Virus record (IMG/VR): IMGVR_UViG_3300038560_000007
Span: 15,615 to 79,614 of that record
DNA from: a virus
Length of the DNA stretch: 64,000 nt
Direction: 5' to 3' (one strand)
The first letter of the stretch is position 1. The number at the start of each line of letters is the position of its first letter. This document shows, piece after piece, positions 8,231 to 17,291 of this stretch. The notes under the pieces are model-generated. The model made no database searches and was not told the origin of the DNA. It worked only from the letters and a program-made list of their open reading frames with translations. The position numbers and the translations under genes are program-made.

Positions 8231-8651
8231 CTCGAAGGCCGTCGAGCTTGGCGGAGACAGCAGCACCGGCGGGAAGATCGTCCCGCACGGAATACTTCCC
8301 GCACCTTTGAGCCTCCGCATGTACGACGCCGTGATCAAGCGCGCCGAAGCCCACAAAGGCCACCTAGGAGACCCGCTACATGGTCTCGACATCATTGGCT
8401 TTGACGTGACCTATGGACACGCTCACGTACCGCAGGGTCTCGTCGAAGGCTACTTCATGCAGATCACCGCACGAGGCCTCCTGCTCGGCCCACAGTACTA
8501 CGTCACATCGGTACACCCCCTAGGCAGGGCGATCCCATCGGATCAGGAGATCGACATGGGTCTCACTCTGTCAGCTCAAGTTCTCCACCAACAGAGGGAC
8601 CGACAGAGAGGATCAGGAAATGGCTCTGGGCCCGCTCAATCCTTCGGGTGA
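8220..8651 (+). CDS. Hypothetical protein
   Basis: AGGAG upstream; tiles the operon. Confidence 0.55.
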   Translation: MVDDSKAVELGGDSSTGGKIVPHGILPAPLSLRMYDAVIKRAEAHKGHLGDPLHGLDIIGFDVTYGHAHVPQGLVEGYFMQITARGLLLGPQYYVTSVHPLGRAIPSDQEIDMGLTLSAQVLHQQRDRQRGSGNGSGPAQSFG

Positions 8652-8967
8652 CCCTCCCGAGACCAAAGTCGTTGCTACAGCCAGCATGGGTGGTCTCATC
8701 GGGATCGTCCTACAGCTTCTGGCGACGTACTTCCCTCACCTGACGTTGCCTTCTCCAGCTACGGCGACACTGATCGCTACCGCCCTGGGGGGCCTCATCG
8801 GCTACCTCGCGCCACACACGGACCGGGCGTCCGAGATGATCAACTCGGCAATGGAACAGCTTCTGAAGAACTACATCGCCAAGGTAGTGCCTACGGGAAC
8901 TGTTCGAGAGCAGACTCTAGAGGGGCACCCTGACGGGCCGACGCGCCATGTTGACACTCAGGCCTAA
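8620..8967 (+). CDS. Holin-like two-TM membrane protein
   Basis: ETKV-TM1-TM2-GYLAPHTDR pattern seen in actinophage holin-like proteins. Confidence 0.55.
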   Translation: MALGPLNPSGDPPETKVVATASMGGLIGIVLQLLATYFPHLTLPSPATATLIATALGGLIGYLAPHTDRASEMINSAMEQLLKNYIAKVVPTGTVREQTLEGHPDGPTRHVDTQA

Positions 8968-8985
8968 AAGAATTTCTCGATGGGG

Positions 8986-9019
8986 CCTTGCGATCACCCT
9001 CGATGACGCTATATAATAG
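8986..9019 (+). promoter_or_regulatory. Class I phage promoter
   Basis: CCTTG-N19-TATATAATAG. Confidence 0.85.
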
Positions 9020-9046
9020 ATCTATAAGCGAAATAAGGAGGGCGCC

Positions 9047-9370
9047 GTGGGAGACTTCGTTGAAGAGATTAGGATCGCGAACGAGGCTGCAAAGCTTGTG
9101 CACGACAGGAATGAACTAGACAGAATGATGAAGCTCCACCCACGAGCTCGCGCAGTCCTGAGACGTACGGTCGAGTTCGAGTACGAACTAAACATCGCTG
9201 ACTATACGCACCTCACACTACCCGAGGCTGTCGAGAGGGAGCGGAAGATGCAGGTCTCGGCACTGTTTCGCTCAACCGACACGGAAGTCGTCGAGGACAA
9301 GCTAGAGATAGTCTGGGAACTGCCAGACGAAATGAACCGCTACCGTTCAGATCCAGAGGCAGCTCCATGA
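9047..9370 (+). CDS. Hypothetical protein
   Basis: AGGAGG RBS before GTG; first gene after a promoter. Confidence 0.65.
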   Translation: MGDFVEEIRIANEAAKLVHDRNELDRMMKLHPRARAVLRRTVEFEYELNIADYTHLTLPEAVERERKMQVSALFRSTDTEVVEDKLEIVWELPDEMNRYRSDPEAAP

Positions 9371-9600
9371 GCCTGCATTCATATAGGGTGTCACTCGAAC
9401 TCGCAGGGCAAGATCTGCCGTTCAGCGCCTTGATCATGGCGGCTATGAGAAAGGCTGACACAGAGAATCAGATTATCCTGAAGTATGCATACCCAGAGAT
9501 CTGGACCGAGCTAGAGGCACGGTACAACGCCCCAGGTGGCGCACTCGATGACGAGAGAAGAGAAAGTGACGACTATGGCGTCTGGCCAAGTTCCCGTTAG
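9367..9600 (+). CDS. Conserved-looking hypothetical protein
   Basis: ATGA overlap; FSALIMAAMRKADT...ELEARYNAPGG pattern recurrent in phages. Confidence 0.7.
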   Translation: MSLHSYRVSLELAGQDLPFSALIMAAMRKADTENQIILKYAYPEIWTELEARYNAPGGALDDERRESDDYGVWPSSR

Positions 9601-9904
9601 GGAACTAACCTTCTTCGACATGCTACTCACCGGCAAGTGGAGTCCTAGCTTCGTTCAGGACCAGCTTAGCCGAGCGATTATCACTGACGCTCCGCTGGTG
9701 ATGCCCATAGCTGAAGTCATCGAAGTCATCGATGAATCAGTTCCCGATGACCCTAAGAAGTGGGCCGAGTTCATCGAAGACACCGAGGCTGAACGGGAAG
9801 ACACAGACCTAACTCAGGTTATCTCCAACAAGCCACTCACTAGGCGACAGGAGAGAGCCGAGCGTAAGGCTACGAACAAGAGGAGGAGGAATTACGACCT
9901 ATGA
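9575..9904 (+). CDS. Hypothetical protein
   Basis: Tiles the operon; ATGA overlap downstream. Confidence 0.55.
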   Translation: MASGQVPVRELTFFDMLLTGKWSPSFVQDQLSRAIITDAPLVMPIAEVIEVIDESVPDDPKKWAEFIEDTEAEREDTDLTQVISNKPLTRRQERAERKATNKRRRNYDL

Positions 9905-10089
9905 CACCTGACATGTCATTCTACGTCAGCGCCGGAATTGACAAGCACAAGTGTCAGGCAGACGCTGAGGTGCGAGCCCGCAATGGAGAGGTCGTTGTCG
10001 TTCACGATCATCGCAAGGGCGGAGAGTGCCAAGGCAGCTGCTACATCTACGAAGGAAGCACTGCCAAGCCCTACGAGGAGGGCACATGA
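9901..10089 (+). CDS. Hypothetical protein
   Basis: GGAGGAGG RBS; HxH-x5-CxxxC motif. Confidence 0.55.
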   Translation: MTPDMSFYVSAGIDKHKCQADAEVRARNGEVVVVHDHRKGGECQGSCYIYEGSTAKPYEEGT

Positions 10090-10226
10090 CTAACGAGAAC
10101 AACCTGTTGCCTCAGGACGATGACATCGAAGAGAACGACGGAGACATCGAGGAGGACGAGGATGACGATGACTGGATCGACGACGAGGACTACTACGACG
10201 AGGACGACGATGGAGACGACGACTAA
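10086..10226 (+). CDS. 46-aa extremely acidic peptide
   Basis: GGAGG RBS; 28 of 46 residues are D/E, none K/R. Confidence 0.6.
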   Translation: MTNENNLLPQDDDIEENDGDIEEDEDDDDWIDDEDYYDEDDDGDDD

Positions 10227-10371
10227 GCAAGTCCCGTTCTGCACGCACAAGGACGACGACGGCGTCGAGGACTGCGGGGTTCGAATGATCAGGTTCCTGA
10301 ACCCGTTCCGCTTCGTCTGCCCACGCGGGCATGGCAATACGCATCGGCTCCTGCGCATTGTGGTTCGGTGA
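10210..10371 (+). CDS. Small putative Zn-binding protein
   Basis: C-x10-C ... CPRGH; stop overlaps the queE start. Confidence 0.45.
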   Translation: METTTKQVPFCTHKDDDGVEDCGVRMIRFLNPFRFVCPRGHGNTHRLLRIVVR

Positions 10372-11144
10372 TGTCAGACCTCTTGAACGTTAACGAAATC
10401 TTTGGCCCGACTATCCAGGGGGAAGGTCCGGCGACTGGAAGGCTGGCTGCCTTCGTTCGCCTGGCCAATTGCAACCTGACTTGTAAGTGGTGCGACACGC
10501 CATACACATGGGCCTTTACGTCCAACAAGGCAGGGCATCATCAGTCTGGGAAGCAGTACGACAAGGCTGAAGAGGTTCACTCTATGAACCCGCTCGAGAT
10601 CATGGAGCGCCTCCACGAGATCGTTCCGCCTCGGCAGAACCGATTTGGGTCGATCGGCAGGATCGGGACGCTCGTTGTCATCTCTGGAGGCGAGCCTCTT
10701 ATTCAGGCAGTCCCACTCCTGGCGCTAGCTAGGCTAATGTGGGCGCAAGGCTACACCGTCCACATTGAGACGGCAGGCACACGTTATCCAGGACAGCTAG
10801 CTAGCTTCGTCGACACGTTCGTCGTTTCTCCGAAGTTGGAGAACTCAGGCAACCTGATCGACAAGAGATTCAGGCCAGCCATCCTCCGAGAGTTTGCGAC
10901 GACGCTATCGAACCAGACCTGGTTCAAGTTCGTCGTAGAGGGAGTAGCCGACCTCAAAGAGGTCGACTACATCGTGAATGAATGCAACATCCGACGCGAC
11001 CGAGTAATGATCATGCCCGAAGGTACCAAGACGGACAAGATCATCGCGAAGGCCCAAGAGATCGTCGTGGACGTCCTGGGAAGGGGCTACGGTCTCACTC
11101 TACGAAACCATGTCTTTATCTGGGATGACGTGAGGGCACACTAG
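10371..11144 (+). CDS. queE: 7-carboxy-7-deazaguanine synthase (radical SAM)
   Basis: EIFGPTIQGEG, FVRLANCNLTCKWCDT, ISGGEPL, IETAG, VSPKL, MPEG, RNHV. Confidence 0.95.
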   Translation: MSDLLNVNEIFGPTIQGEGPATGRLAAFVRLANCNLTCKWCDTPYTWAFTSNKAGHHQSGKQYDKAEEVHSMNPLEIMERLHEIVPPRQNRFGSIGRIGTLVVISGGEPLIQAVPLLALARLMWAQGYTVHIETAGTRYPGQLASFVDTFVVSPKLENSGNLIDKRFRPAILREFATTLSNQTWFKFVVEGVADLKEVDYIVNECNIRRDRVMIMPEGTKTDKIIAKAQEIVVDVLGRGYGLTLRNHVFIWDDVRAH

Positions 11145-11161
11145 GCGGACTAGGAGATACC

Positions 11162-11479
11162 ATGCCCTTGTTTGGAAGGAGAGACCCGAAGGCTATCAAC
11201 GCCTCGGTCAACGATGGCGAGGTAATCGTACTCGTCACCACCTACAGTGAGTGGCACTGGCTGCCACGCGAGGGCAAGGTCCAACGGTGGATCCTTGACA
11301 CCGAACTAGGAACCTCCATCAAGATGAAGGGCGAGGATGCAATCCTGTTCTCGACCCACAACAACTTGGAGGGGGCTACTCAGATAGCAGCGAACCGAGA
11401 GTATCGCCTGCTTCTGGCAGCACTCAACCTCCGAGCTGCACAGCCGCACCACGTGGGGGGTGATGCACCTAAGGATTGA
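11162..11479 (+). CDS. Hypothetical protein
   Basis: AGGAG RBS. Confidence 0.6.
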   Translation: MPLFGRRDPKAINASVNDGEVIVLVTTYSEWHWLPREGKVQRWILDTELGTSIKMKGEDAILFSTHNNLEGATQIAANREYRLLLAALNLRAAQPHHVGGDAPKD

Positions 11480-11524
11480 CGCACGGCTGTACAGAACACG
11501 ACTACAAGTTTCCGAAAGGAAGAC

Positions 11525-12427
11525 ATGTCTAGGTTCATCAAGTTCGCAGCCACGGTGGCTGCGATCGGCGGTCTCACGGGCTATGGCCTGATGGCGGCTA
11601 GCTCGGCAGGCGCAGCTACGGCTCATGCGTCCCTGGCCAAGCCTCTCGTAGTGGAAGGCGCTCCGGCCGAGACGACCTACCTGGCCGGCTACGCCACGAT
11701 CAACGAAGGCGACAGCCACTTCTACGACTTCCGATCGAACATCAGCGTCCCGAGCCAGATGGCCTCCGGCGTTACGCCGGACTCTTTCGCAGCGGGTATC
11801 TCTCAGCAGGACCGAGAGAACGCGAGCGGCGAGACCGACTATACCACGGCGCTTGGCTGGGTCTGGGACGACACCTCGGGAGATGCGTGCGGAGCCAATA
11901 CCTACACGCTGGAATACGGCGATGGGGACAGCTACGCCTACGTTCCGCTGAACGGAAGCGATCTGCGGGTAGTCCTAGTGACCGACCCGGACACCGACCC
12001 GACTACCCAGGTGCCGATCTGCAACGCGAACCCGGTCGATACGTACCTGGAGCTGGAGTACGACGCCACCACGCATCACCTGCACTTCTATGAGGGCACC
12101 GCTTACAACAACAAGACTCTCATCGCAAGCTGCTACGTGCCAAGTGATGGACGCAGCTTCAACGTACTCGGCGTTGGTCTAGACACGGCTGTGGACGGTA
12201 CGAACGGTGCAGCGGCGCTGAACTCTGGCACCTTGGCATCCTTCGGCCGCGCTCGGTTCACCCTGAGCGATGGCAAGATCGGCAAGCTGCAGGCACTCAA
12301 CCTGGAGCAGTTCGACGGCACCGAGTTCGGTGGTGCTCCGTCAGTCTCCAACCCGGCTACGCTGACCACGAGTGGTCTCGTCACCGGCGGCATCAGCGCG
12401 ACTGGCTTCCACGTCGTCGCGCCGTAG
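11525..12427 (+). CDS. Secreted protein, possibly G1 glutamic-peptidase-like beta fold
   Basis: Sec signal peptide with AxA; YLAGYA...FRSNISVPS resembles the G1 N-terminus (NWAGYA...WTVP). Confidence 0.6.
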   Translation: MSRFIKFAATVAAIGGLTGYGLMAASSAGAATAHASLAKPLVVEGAPAETTYLAGYATINEGDSHFYDFRSNISVPSQMASGVTPDSFAAGISQQDRENASGETDYTTALGWVWDDTSGDACGANTYTLEYGDGDSYAYVPLNGSDLRVVLVTDPDTDPTTQVPICNANPVDTYLELEYDATTHHLHFYEGTAYNNKTLIASCYVPSDGRSFNVLGVGLDTAVDGTNGAAALNSGTLASFGRARFTLSDGKIGKLQALNLEQFDGTEFGGAPSVSNPATLTTSGLVTGGISATGFHVVAP

Positions 12428-12428
12428 T

Positions 12429-12490
12429 AGCTAGCGTTCCAGGGTCAAGCTGGAAGCGAGAGCCTCCAGCTTGGCTCTGGGATACTAGTT
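12429..12490 (+). terminator. Long hairpin after the secreted-protein gene (terminator or processing site)
   Basis: TTCCAGGGTCAAGCTGGA / TCCAGCTTGGCTCTGGGA with G-U pairs and a GAGA loop. Confidence 0.6.
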
Positions 12491-12582
12491 AACGGAAGTA
12501 CGACATCGCCCACCGAGGGGTGAAGACTGGTAGCCATCAACACAGAAACTAACGAGTACATATTCGAGAGGCAGACCCACTG

Positions 12583-12750
12583 ATGTCGCTGGTGACAGTC
12601 GAGATGGTCGAGGAGAGATCTTGCCCTGACTGCTGGAGTGGAACAAACGTGCCCTGCGTTCCGATTAGGAACGTAGCAGGCTCTAAGGAACTGTACGACC
12701 TCGACCGAATGTATCACGCAAGCAGGAGGTATGGGACAGGACAACGATGA
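12583..12750 (+). CDS. 55-aa zinc-finger protein (not in the ORF track)
   Basis: GAGAGG RBS; CPDC-x7-C ... YHASR, the same pattern as 1116..1478; ATGA overlap. Confidence 0.55.
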   Translation: MSLVTVEMVEERSCPDCWSGTNVPCVPIRNVAGSKELYDLDRMYHASRRYGTGQR

Positions 12751-12998
12751 GCATTGAGCAGGTAACAGGGCTGATGTTCATTGGTGTCGTGGTTCTCGCC
12801 GTTCTCTGGTACAGAATCCTCCTCAAGAAGTCGAACGTTCAACGGCTTGATAGGATCCCATACAACTACGCCATCTGCATATGTGGACGGCACTACATTC
12901 GAGGCTGTAACCACAGCCGCGGAGTAGTCTCCACGTGGGTAGATGTACGTACCGGATTGCATTATCACCCAGACGGAAGCCCGGTGGAGCATCGATAA
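12747..12998 (+). CDS. Small membrane protein with a Cys motif
   Basis: N-terminal TM; CICGRHY. Confidence 0.55.
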   Translation: MSIEQVTGLMFIGVVVLAVLWYRILLKKSNVQRLDRIPYNYAICICGRHYIRGCNHSRGVVSTWVDVRTGLHYHPDGSPVEHR

Positions 12999-13115
12999 TG
13001 TGGATAATACGAGGCCTAATAATTGACGCAGGTCTATTCAGCCTGATAGTAGCGGCCGGCACATATGGATGTGCCGGCCTTAAACATCTTCGAGAGAAGA
13101 GAAAGGAACGGAGAG

Positions 13116-13943
13116 ATGCTAAGGGAAAGGATCTTCAAGCTGCTGACTGCGATGTTGGCTATCATAGCCATGATCTTCACAGCGGGACAATCTAGCCCTG
13201 CACATGCGCAGACTCAAACGACCAAGCAACTAGTTCCGAGGGAACTTATGGTTCAAGGTAACGACTTGGCAAACCTGAACTCGCTGGGCACTGGTTATAC
13301 ATCAGACTTCACGTACATTACCTGCGGTGGTAACTCTGGCGTTTGCTCCCCCGGTGACATCAACTCCTATACTAGCGAGGCCGTGTTCGCCGCTGCCATA
13401 GCTGACGGCACGCAGCCGCCCGGGTCGACGGCGCTGCTGGACCTGGAACCGTGGGACCTGACCCCCGCCAGCGAGTCGGCGCACATCGAGTACTACGACA
13501 AGCTCGCAACTGAGGCAGCTATCGCGAATGGGATCAACCTAATCTTGAGCCCGGTCGATTACGTAGACGGCCTACCAGAGGCAGCCGAGGCTGAGGCAGC
13601 CTATGCAGGCGCGGGCACGATCATCGAGATTCAGTCACAGGGTCACGACGCTACTCCAACCAAGCTCTACGACTACGTCGACCCGATTGTCAAGGCTATT
13701 CGAGCTCAGAACAAGACCGTGCCAATCATGATTGGACTAGCTACGGACGCAGGAGGATGGAACGTCATCTCTGGCACTACGCTATACGATGACTACCTGA
13801 CAACCTACGGCCTAGCATCCGCATTCTGGCTAAACGCCGCTACATGGACAGACGTGAACGCTAAGCCCTGTGCAGCAACAGGCTGTCCAGTAGATGGCGA
13901 TGCCTTCCTCGACCTCTGGGTGACAGGAGCTACGTCGTCATGA
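13116..13943 (+). CDS. Secreted protein, possibly a glycoside-hydrolase-like TIM barrel
   Basis: Signal peptide ending PAHA; ALLDLEPW, IEIQSQ, IMIGLAT, AFWLN strand motifs. Confidence 0.6.
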   Translation: MLRERIFKLLTAMLAIIAMIFTAGQSSPAHAQTQTTKQLVPRELMVQGNDLANLNSLGTGYTSDFTYITCGGNSGVCSPGDINSYTSEAVFAAAIADGTQPPGSTALLDLEPWDLTPASESAHIEYYDKLATEAAIANGINLILSPVDYVDGLPEAAEAEAAYAGAGTIIEIQSQGHDATPTKLYDYVDPIVKAIRAQNKTVPIMIGLATDAGGWNVISGTTLYDDYLTTYGLASAFWLNAATWTDVNAKPCAATGCPVDGDAFLDLWVTGATSS

Positions 13944-13992
13944 GCAAGACCCAAACCTCAGCTCACTATCATATCTGGGCGGTGATGATACT

Positions 13993-14229
13993 ATGTCTGC
14001 TAGTCCTGATCGCAGTCCTGATAGCAATGAACTAGCAGAACACGAACTGCTTATCGTTCACTCACACAGAGAGGATGATGGCCGTTACATCGTAGAAGGA
14101 CGATGCCTCTGCGGTGAAGGGCCTTTCACCGGGATGTCTACAGTGAGCTTCCGCATCGCGCGCTCGCACGTTAGCCAGTCGCCCTACAAGAAGCACTTGG
14201 AAGCGCAGGTCAAGAAAGCTTCCTCGTAA
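13993..14229 (+). CDS. Hypothetical protein
   Basis: CLCG ... H motifs; ends just before a promoter. Confidence 0.5.
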   Translation: MSASPDRSPDSNELAEHELLIVHSHREDDGRYIVEGRCLCGEGPFTGMSTVSFRIARSHVSQSPYKKHLEAQVKKASS

Positions 14230-14233
14230 GGGT

Positions 14234-14267
14234 CCTAGCTTGACCTCGTGGAGTACATATATAATAG
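14234..14267 (+). promoter_or_regulatory. Class I phage promoter
   Basis: CCTAG-N19-TATATAATAG. Confidence 0.85.
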
Positions 14268-14296
14268 ATGTATAACAATGAGGAGGGCACCCGGTT

Positions 14297-15472
14297 TTGA
14301 TTGATCCTACCCAAATCCATGAAGTGCACGGAAGCGTGCTCAAGTCGTTTCAGGGCTGCCGCCTTCAGTACAAATGGAACTTCATCGACGGGTACACTCC
14401 GCCGACCGTCGCTGCTCCATTGGAGTTTGGCTCGGCATTCCACCGTGGGATGGAAGTCCTCTATAACCCAGACACCTGGGACCTCCCGCTATTGGAACTC
14501 TACCGTCTGGCTAAGGAAGAGTTCACTAACGTTTGCATGCACCAGTTGGAAGCCTTCCTCAATAGAGCCGCGCTGTATCAGCTAGACCACGAAGCTGAAG
14601 TTGACTACCTCAAGCGCATCGAGCTCGGATGCGGCATGCTCCGCAAGGTCGCTCGGACTATGGATCGTAAGAGCTTCAAGCCCGTTCTAACCGAGAAGGA
14701 GATCTTTGTCCCGATCAAGTATCCTACCACTGATCAACAGTTGCATTGTCGGTGCAACGATTGCTGGGATAAGTCCAGTAAAGCTGACCCTGATCTCATC
14801 CCTACCGAGTGGTCCGGTCTTCCAGTCTACTACGGACTACGTGTCGATGCCGTACTCGTGGACGAAGACGGAGGCTACTGGCTCGTCGACTGGAAAACCG
14901 CCAGTCAGCTCTTGAAGGATCAACTCATCCTCGAGCTCGACGGCCAGATCATCAACTACCTCTGGGCGCTCAAGCTCGCCTCAGGTCTAGACCTCCGAGG
15001 CTTCAAGTACGTCCAGATCCTAAAGGACTTCCCCCACAAGCCGAGGGAGCTAGTAAACGTCCGTCTCGGACGTAAGTTCAGCGTGGCCAAGAACGCTCGA
15101 ACAGATGCTGCCACGTTCTCTACCTATGTCAAGAAGCACGACAGCGATGCTTTTAAGGCTGGACTCTACGCCGAGCATATCGAATACCTTCGCAACTTCG
15201 GCCCCATGTTCATTAACTGGATGACAGTCTACAAGACCGACCAACAGCTCGAAGTCGTCGGTACAGACTTGGCCTATGCAGTTAAGGACTTGCTAGACTC
15301 TCCGGACATCTACGCTACTGGTGGTCGAATGGTTTGCCAGCGTTGCGTCTTCCAGGAACCTTGCCTCGAACGGCAATCAGGAGGTGATTTCCAAGACATC
15401 CTAGACTCGCAGTACGAGAAGCTCCCACCGTACTTCATAATCGAACGAGAGCGCAGGAAGGCGGACGCGTGA
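14297..15472 (+). CDS. Cas4/RecB-like PD-(D/E)xK exonuclease
   Basis: SFQGCR, FGSAFH, E...RVDAVL...LVDWKT, QIINY, C-terminal CxxC-x5-C. Confidence 0.9.
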   Translation: MIDPTQIHEVHGSVLKSFQGCRLQYKWNFIDGYTPPTVAAPLEFGSAFHRGMEVLYNPDTWDLPLLELYRLAKEEFTNVCMHQLEAFLNRAALYQLDHEAEVDYLKRIELGCGMLRKVARTMDRKSFKPVLTEKEIFVPIKYPTTDQQLHCRCNDCWDKSSKADPDLIPTEWSGLPVYYGLRVDAVLVDEDGGYWLVDWKTASQLLKDQLILELDGQIINYLWALKLASGLDLRGFKYVQILKDFPHKPRELVNVRLGRKFSVAKNARTDAATFSTYVKKHDSDAFKAGLYAEHIEYLRNFGPMFINWMTVYKTDQQLEVVGTDLAYAVKDLLDSPDIYATGGRMVCQRCVFQEPCLERQSGGDFQDILDSQYEKLPPYFIIERERRKADA

Positions 15473-15644
15473 ACGTTGCAATGTTCAGAGAGCAAGTCCA
15501 GAAGGCTCACGAAGAATTCGACGAGACGGTTGACGCGGCACGAGCTAGCTACCGGCAAAGGATGCGAGAGATCCACTCCGAATTTCTCGGAGAGCCTTAC
15601 CCTAATGACATAGCTGTCGATGAGCACCCCAAGAGGGCTCACTG

Positions 15645-16451
15645 ATGACTCTGGTTATTCCGGAAGCATTCGGAGGCATCCCACTCAAGCGCGTCGGAGA
15701 TCTCCAGCCCTACATCAAGGGTCTTCTCTATGGCAAGCCTGGAGCAGGCAAGACGTTCTTCTCTGCGCAAGCGTCTAAGGTCCCGGCCATGAGTCCTTGC
15801 CTAGTCATGACGCCAGATGCTACCGAAGCTGACACATTGCGCGAAGCGGCCCCAGATGCAGTCCATGCCAAGATCAACAACTTCGAAGAGTTCTGGGACA
15901 TCTACAGAGCCTGCGCAGTCGGTCTAGATGATCCTGACAAGATCCCGTTCAAGACGATCATCATGGATACAGGCACCGAAGCCCAGAAGATGAACATGCG
16001 TGACATCATGGCTAAGCTCATGATCACTGGTCGCCCTGGCGGTGGCGAGGTCAACATGGACGTGCCCAGCGTTCGCGAGTGGGGCCAGTCCAGCAGTGAG
16101 ATGCGTCGCATCCTCAGGTCCTTCCGAGACTTGCCTGTCAACTTCATAGTCAACTGCCACGAGCAGGAGAGTCGCGACAACCGCGGAGTGAACTGGTACA
16201 AGCCAGACCTCCCCGGCAAGCTCACCAACCAGGTTGCCGGCATGTTCTCCCTCGTGGGTTATGTCTACATCAATGCCAAGTATGAGAAGCAGGATGGTCG
16301 CAACGTCGTCGTAGACGAGAAGCGTTGCCTACTGACTGGCTTCGTAGACGGGTTTGTCACGAAGTCTAGAGCCGGCACTCTACCTAGGGTCATGGAGGAC
16401 CCACAAATGGCTACGCTGTACGAGCTCATAACCGGCAAGCCTGCCGCGTAG
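15645..16451 (+). CDS. AAA ATPase (AAA_24 / Sak4-like recombinase)
   Basis: YGKPGAGKT, TIIMDT, VNCHE, PDLPGK; flanked by a nuclease and SSB. Confidence 0.85.
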   Translation: MTLVIPEAFGGIPLKRVGDLQPYIKGLLYGKPGAGKTFFSAQASKVPAMSPCLVMTPDATEADTLREAAPDAVHAKINNFEEFWDIYRACAVGLDDPDKIPFKTIIMDTGTEAQKMNMRDIMAKLMITGRPGGGEVNMDVPSVREWGQSSSEMRRILRSFRDLPVNFIVNCHEQESRDNRGVNWYKPDLPGKLTNQVAGMFSLVGYVYINAKYEKQDGRNVVVDEKRCLLTGFVDGFVTKSRAGTLPRVMEDPQMATLYELITGKPAA

Positions 16452-16491
16452 CAAGACATCTCGTAAACGTACTCGAAACGGAGAAACGTAA

Positions 16492-17043
16492 ATGGGTTTC
16501 AAGGTCGATGTTAGCGAGCGGGAAGCGGCTGCTGGCGACAGGTCATCACTCCCGATCGGCAAGTTCCACATGGCGATCACGAACGTCGAGACGGGCACTC
16601 CAGCACAGGGAGACAACGTCGGCAGGCCGATGCTCATCTTCGAGTTCACTGTTCAGGACTCGGACCTTACCTCAGTTCAGCTCCCCGACGCGAGCGGTAG
16701 GCTCCAGCCGCCAAAGCAGACGAACGACTTCGTCAACCGGAAGGACTTCGTCAACGCGATGTGCTGGGAGGGTGCCCTGTACACCATCGTCAACATCCTC
16801 AAGGCGATGGGTAAGTACCAGGACTGCCTCGACAACCAGGGCAAGCTGGACATCCCGTCGGATCCAGAGTTCTACCTCGGCGAGCAGATGATCGTTCGTC
16901 GCGGCATCAACAAGAAGTCCCAGCAGGCGAACCCTGACAACCCGGACTACTGGGTCCAGGCTCAGGGCTTCTCGCCCGTCAAGGGAGCGGCGGCAGTGAG
17001 TGCTGGGGCGTCTAGCTCCGGCGAAGGGTCACTGCTTCCGTAG
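16492..17043 (+). CDS. Single-stranded DNA-binding protein (DUF669-like)
   Basis: LPIGKFHMAITNVE...PMLIFEFTV OB-like pattern; LLP C-terminus; synteny. Confidence 0.7.
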   Translation: MGFKVDVSEREAAAGDRSSLPIGKFHMAITNVETGTPAQGDNVGRPMLIFEFTVQDSDLTSVQLPDASGRLQPPKQTNDFVNRKDFVNAMCWEGALYTIVNILKAMGKYQDCLDNQGKLDIPSDPEFYLGEQMIVRRGINKKSQQANPDNPDYWVQAQGFSPVKGAAAVSAGASSSGEGSLLP

Positions 17044-17094
17044 CGAGGTCGGCGGCCAGATGATTTTGGATGCCCTCCTTGCATCTGGCCGCCT

Positions 17095-17165
17095 CGGGAG
17101 GTAGCTTAATGGCAGAGCAGGCAGAGGCGCCACCATGGATCCGGGTTCGAGTCCCGGCCTCCCAC
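17095..17165 (+). tRNA. tRNA-like element with intact acceptor, D and T arms but no pairable anticodon arm
   Basis: GGGAGG/CCTCCC acceptor, GCTT-AATGGCA-GAGC D arm, CCGGG-TTCGAGT-CCCGG T arm; GGCAG/ACCAT does not pair and there is no U33. Confidence 0.7.
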
Positions 17166-17291
17166 GCGTATACGATTTATGACTGCTATCTCGGCTGGAT
17201 AATTCAGTCGACGTACAATCGAAACCGAACACCGCCGTATAGGCCTGCAGATCCTATTCAGTGGCTATGGCTAACTAGGTGAAGGGACTAC

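Noticed and set aside
17070-17282. 70-aa ORF over the tRNA-like element, and a possible HDV-like (theta) ribozyme downstream of it
   Set aside because: The ORF has no RBS and overlaps the tRNA fold; I could not build the nested double pseudoknot for a ribozyme
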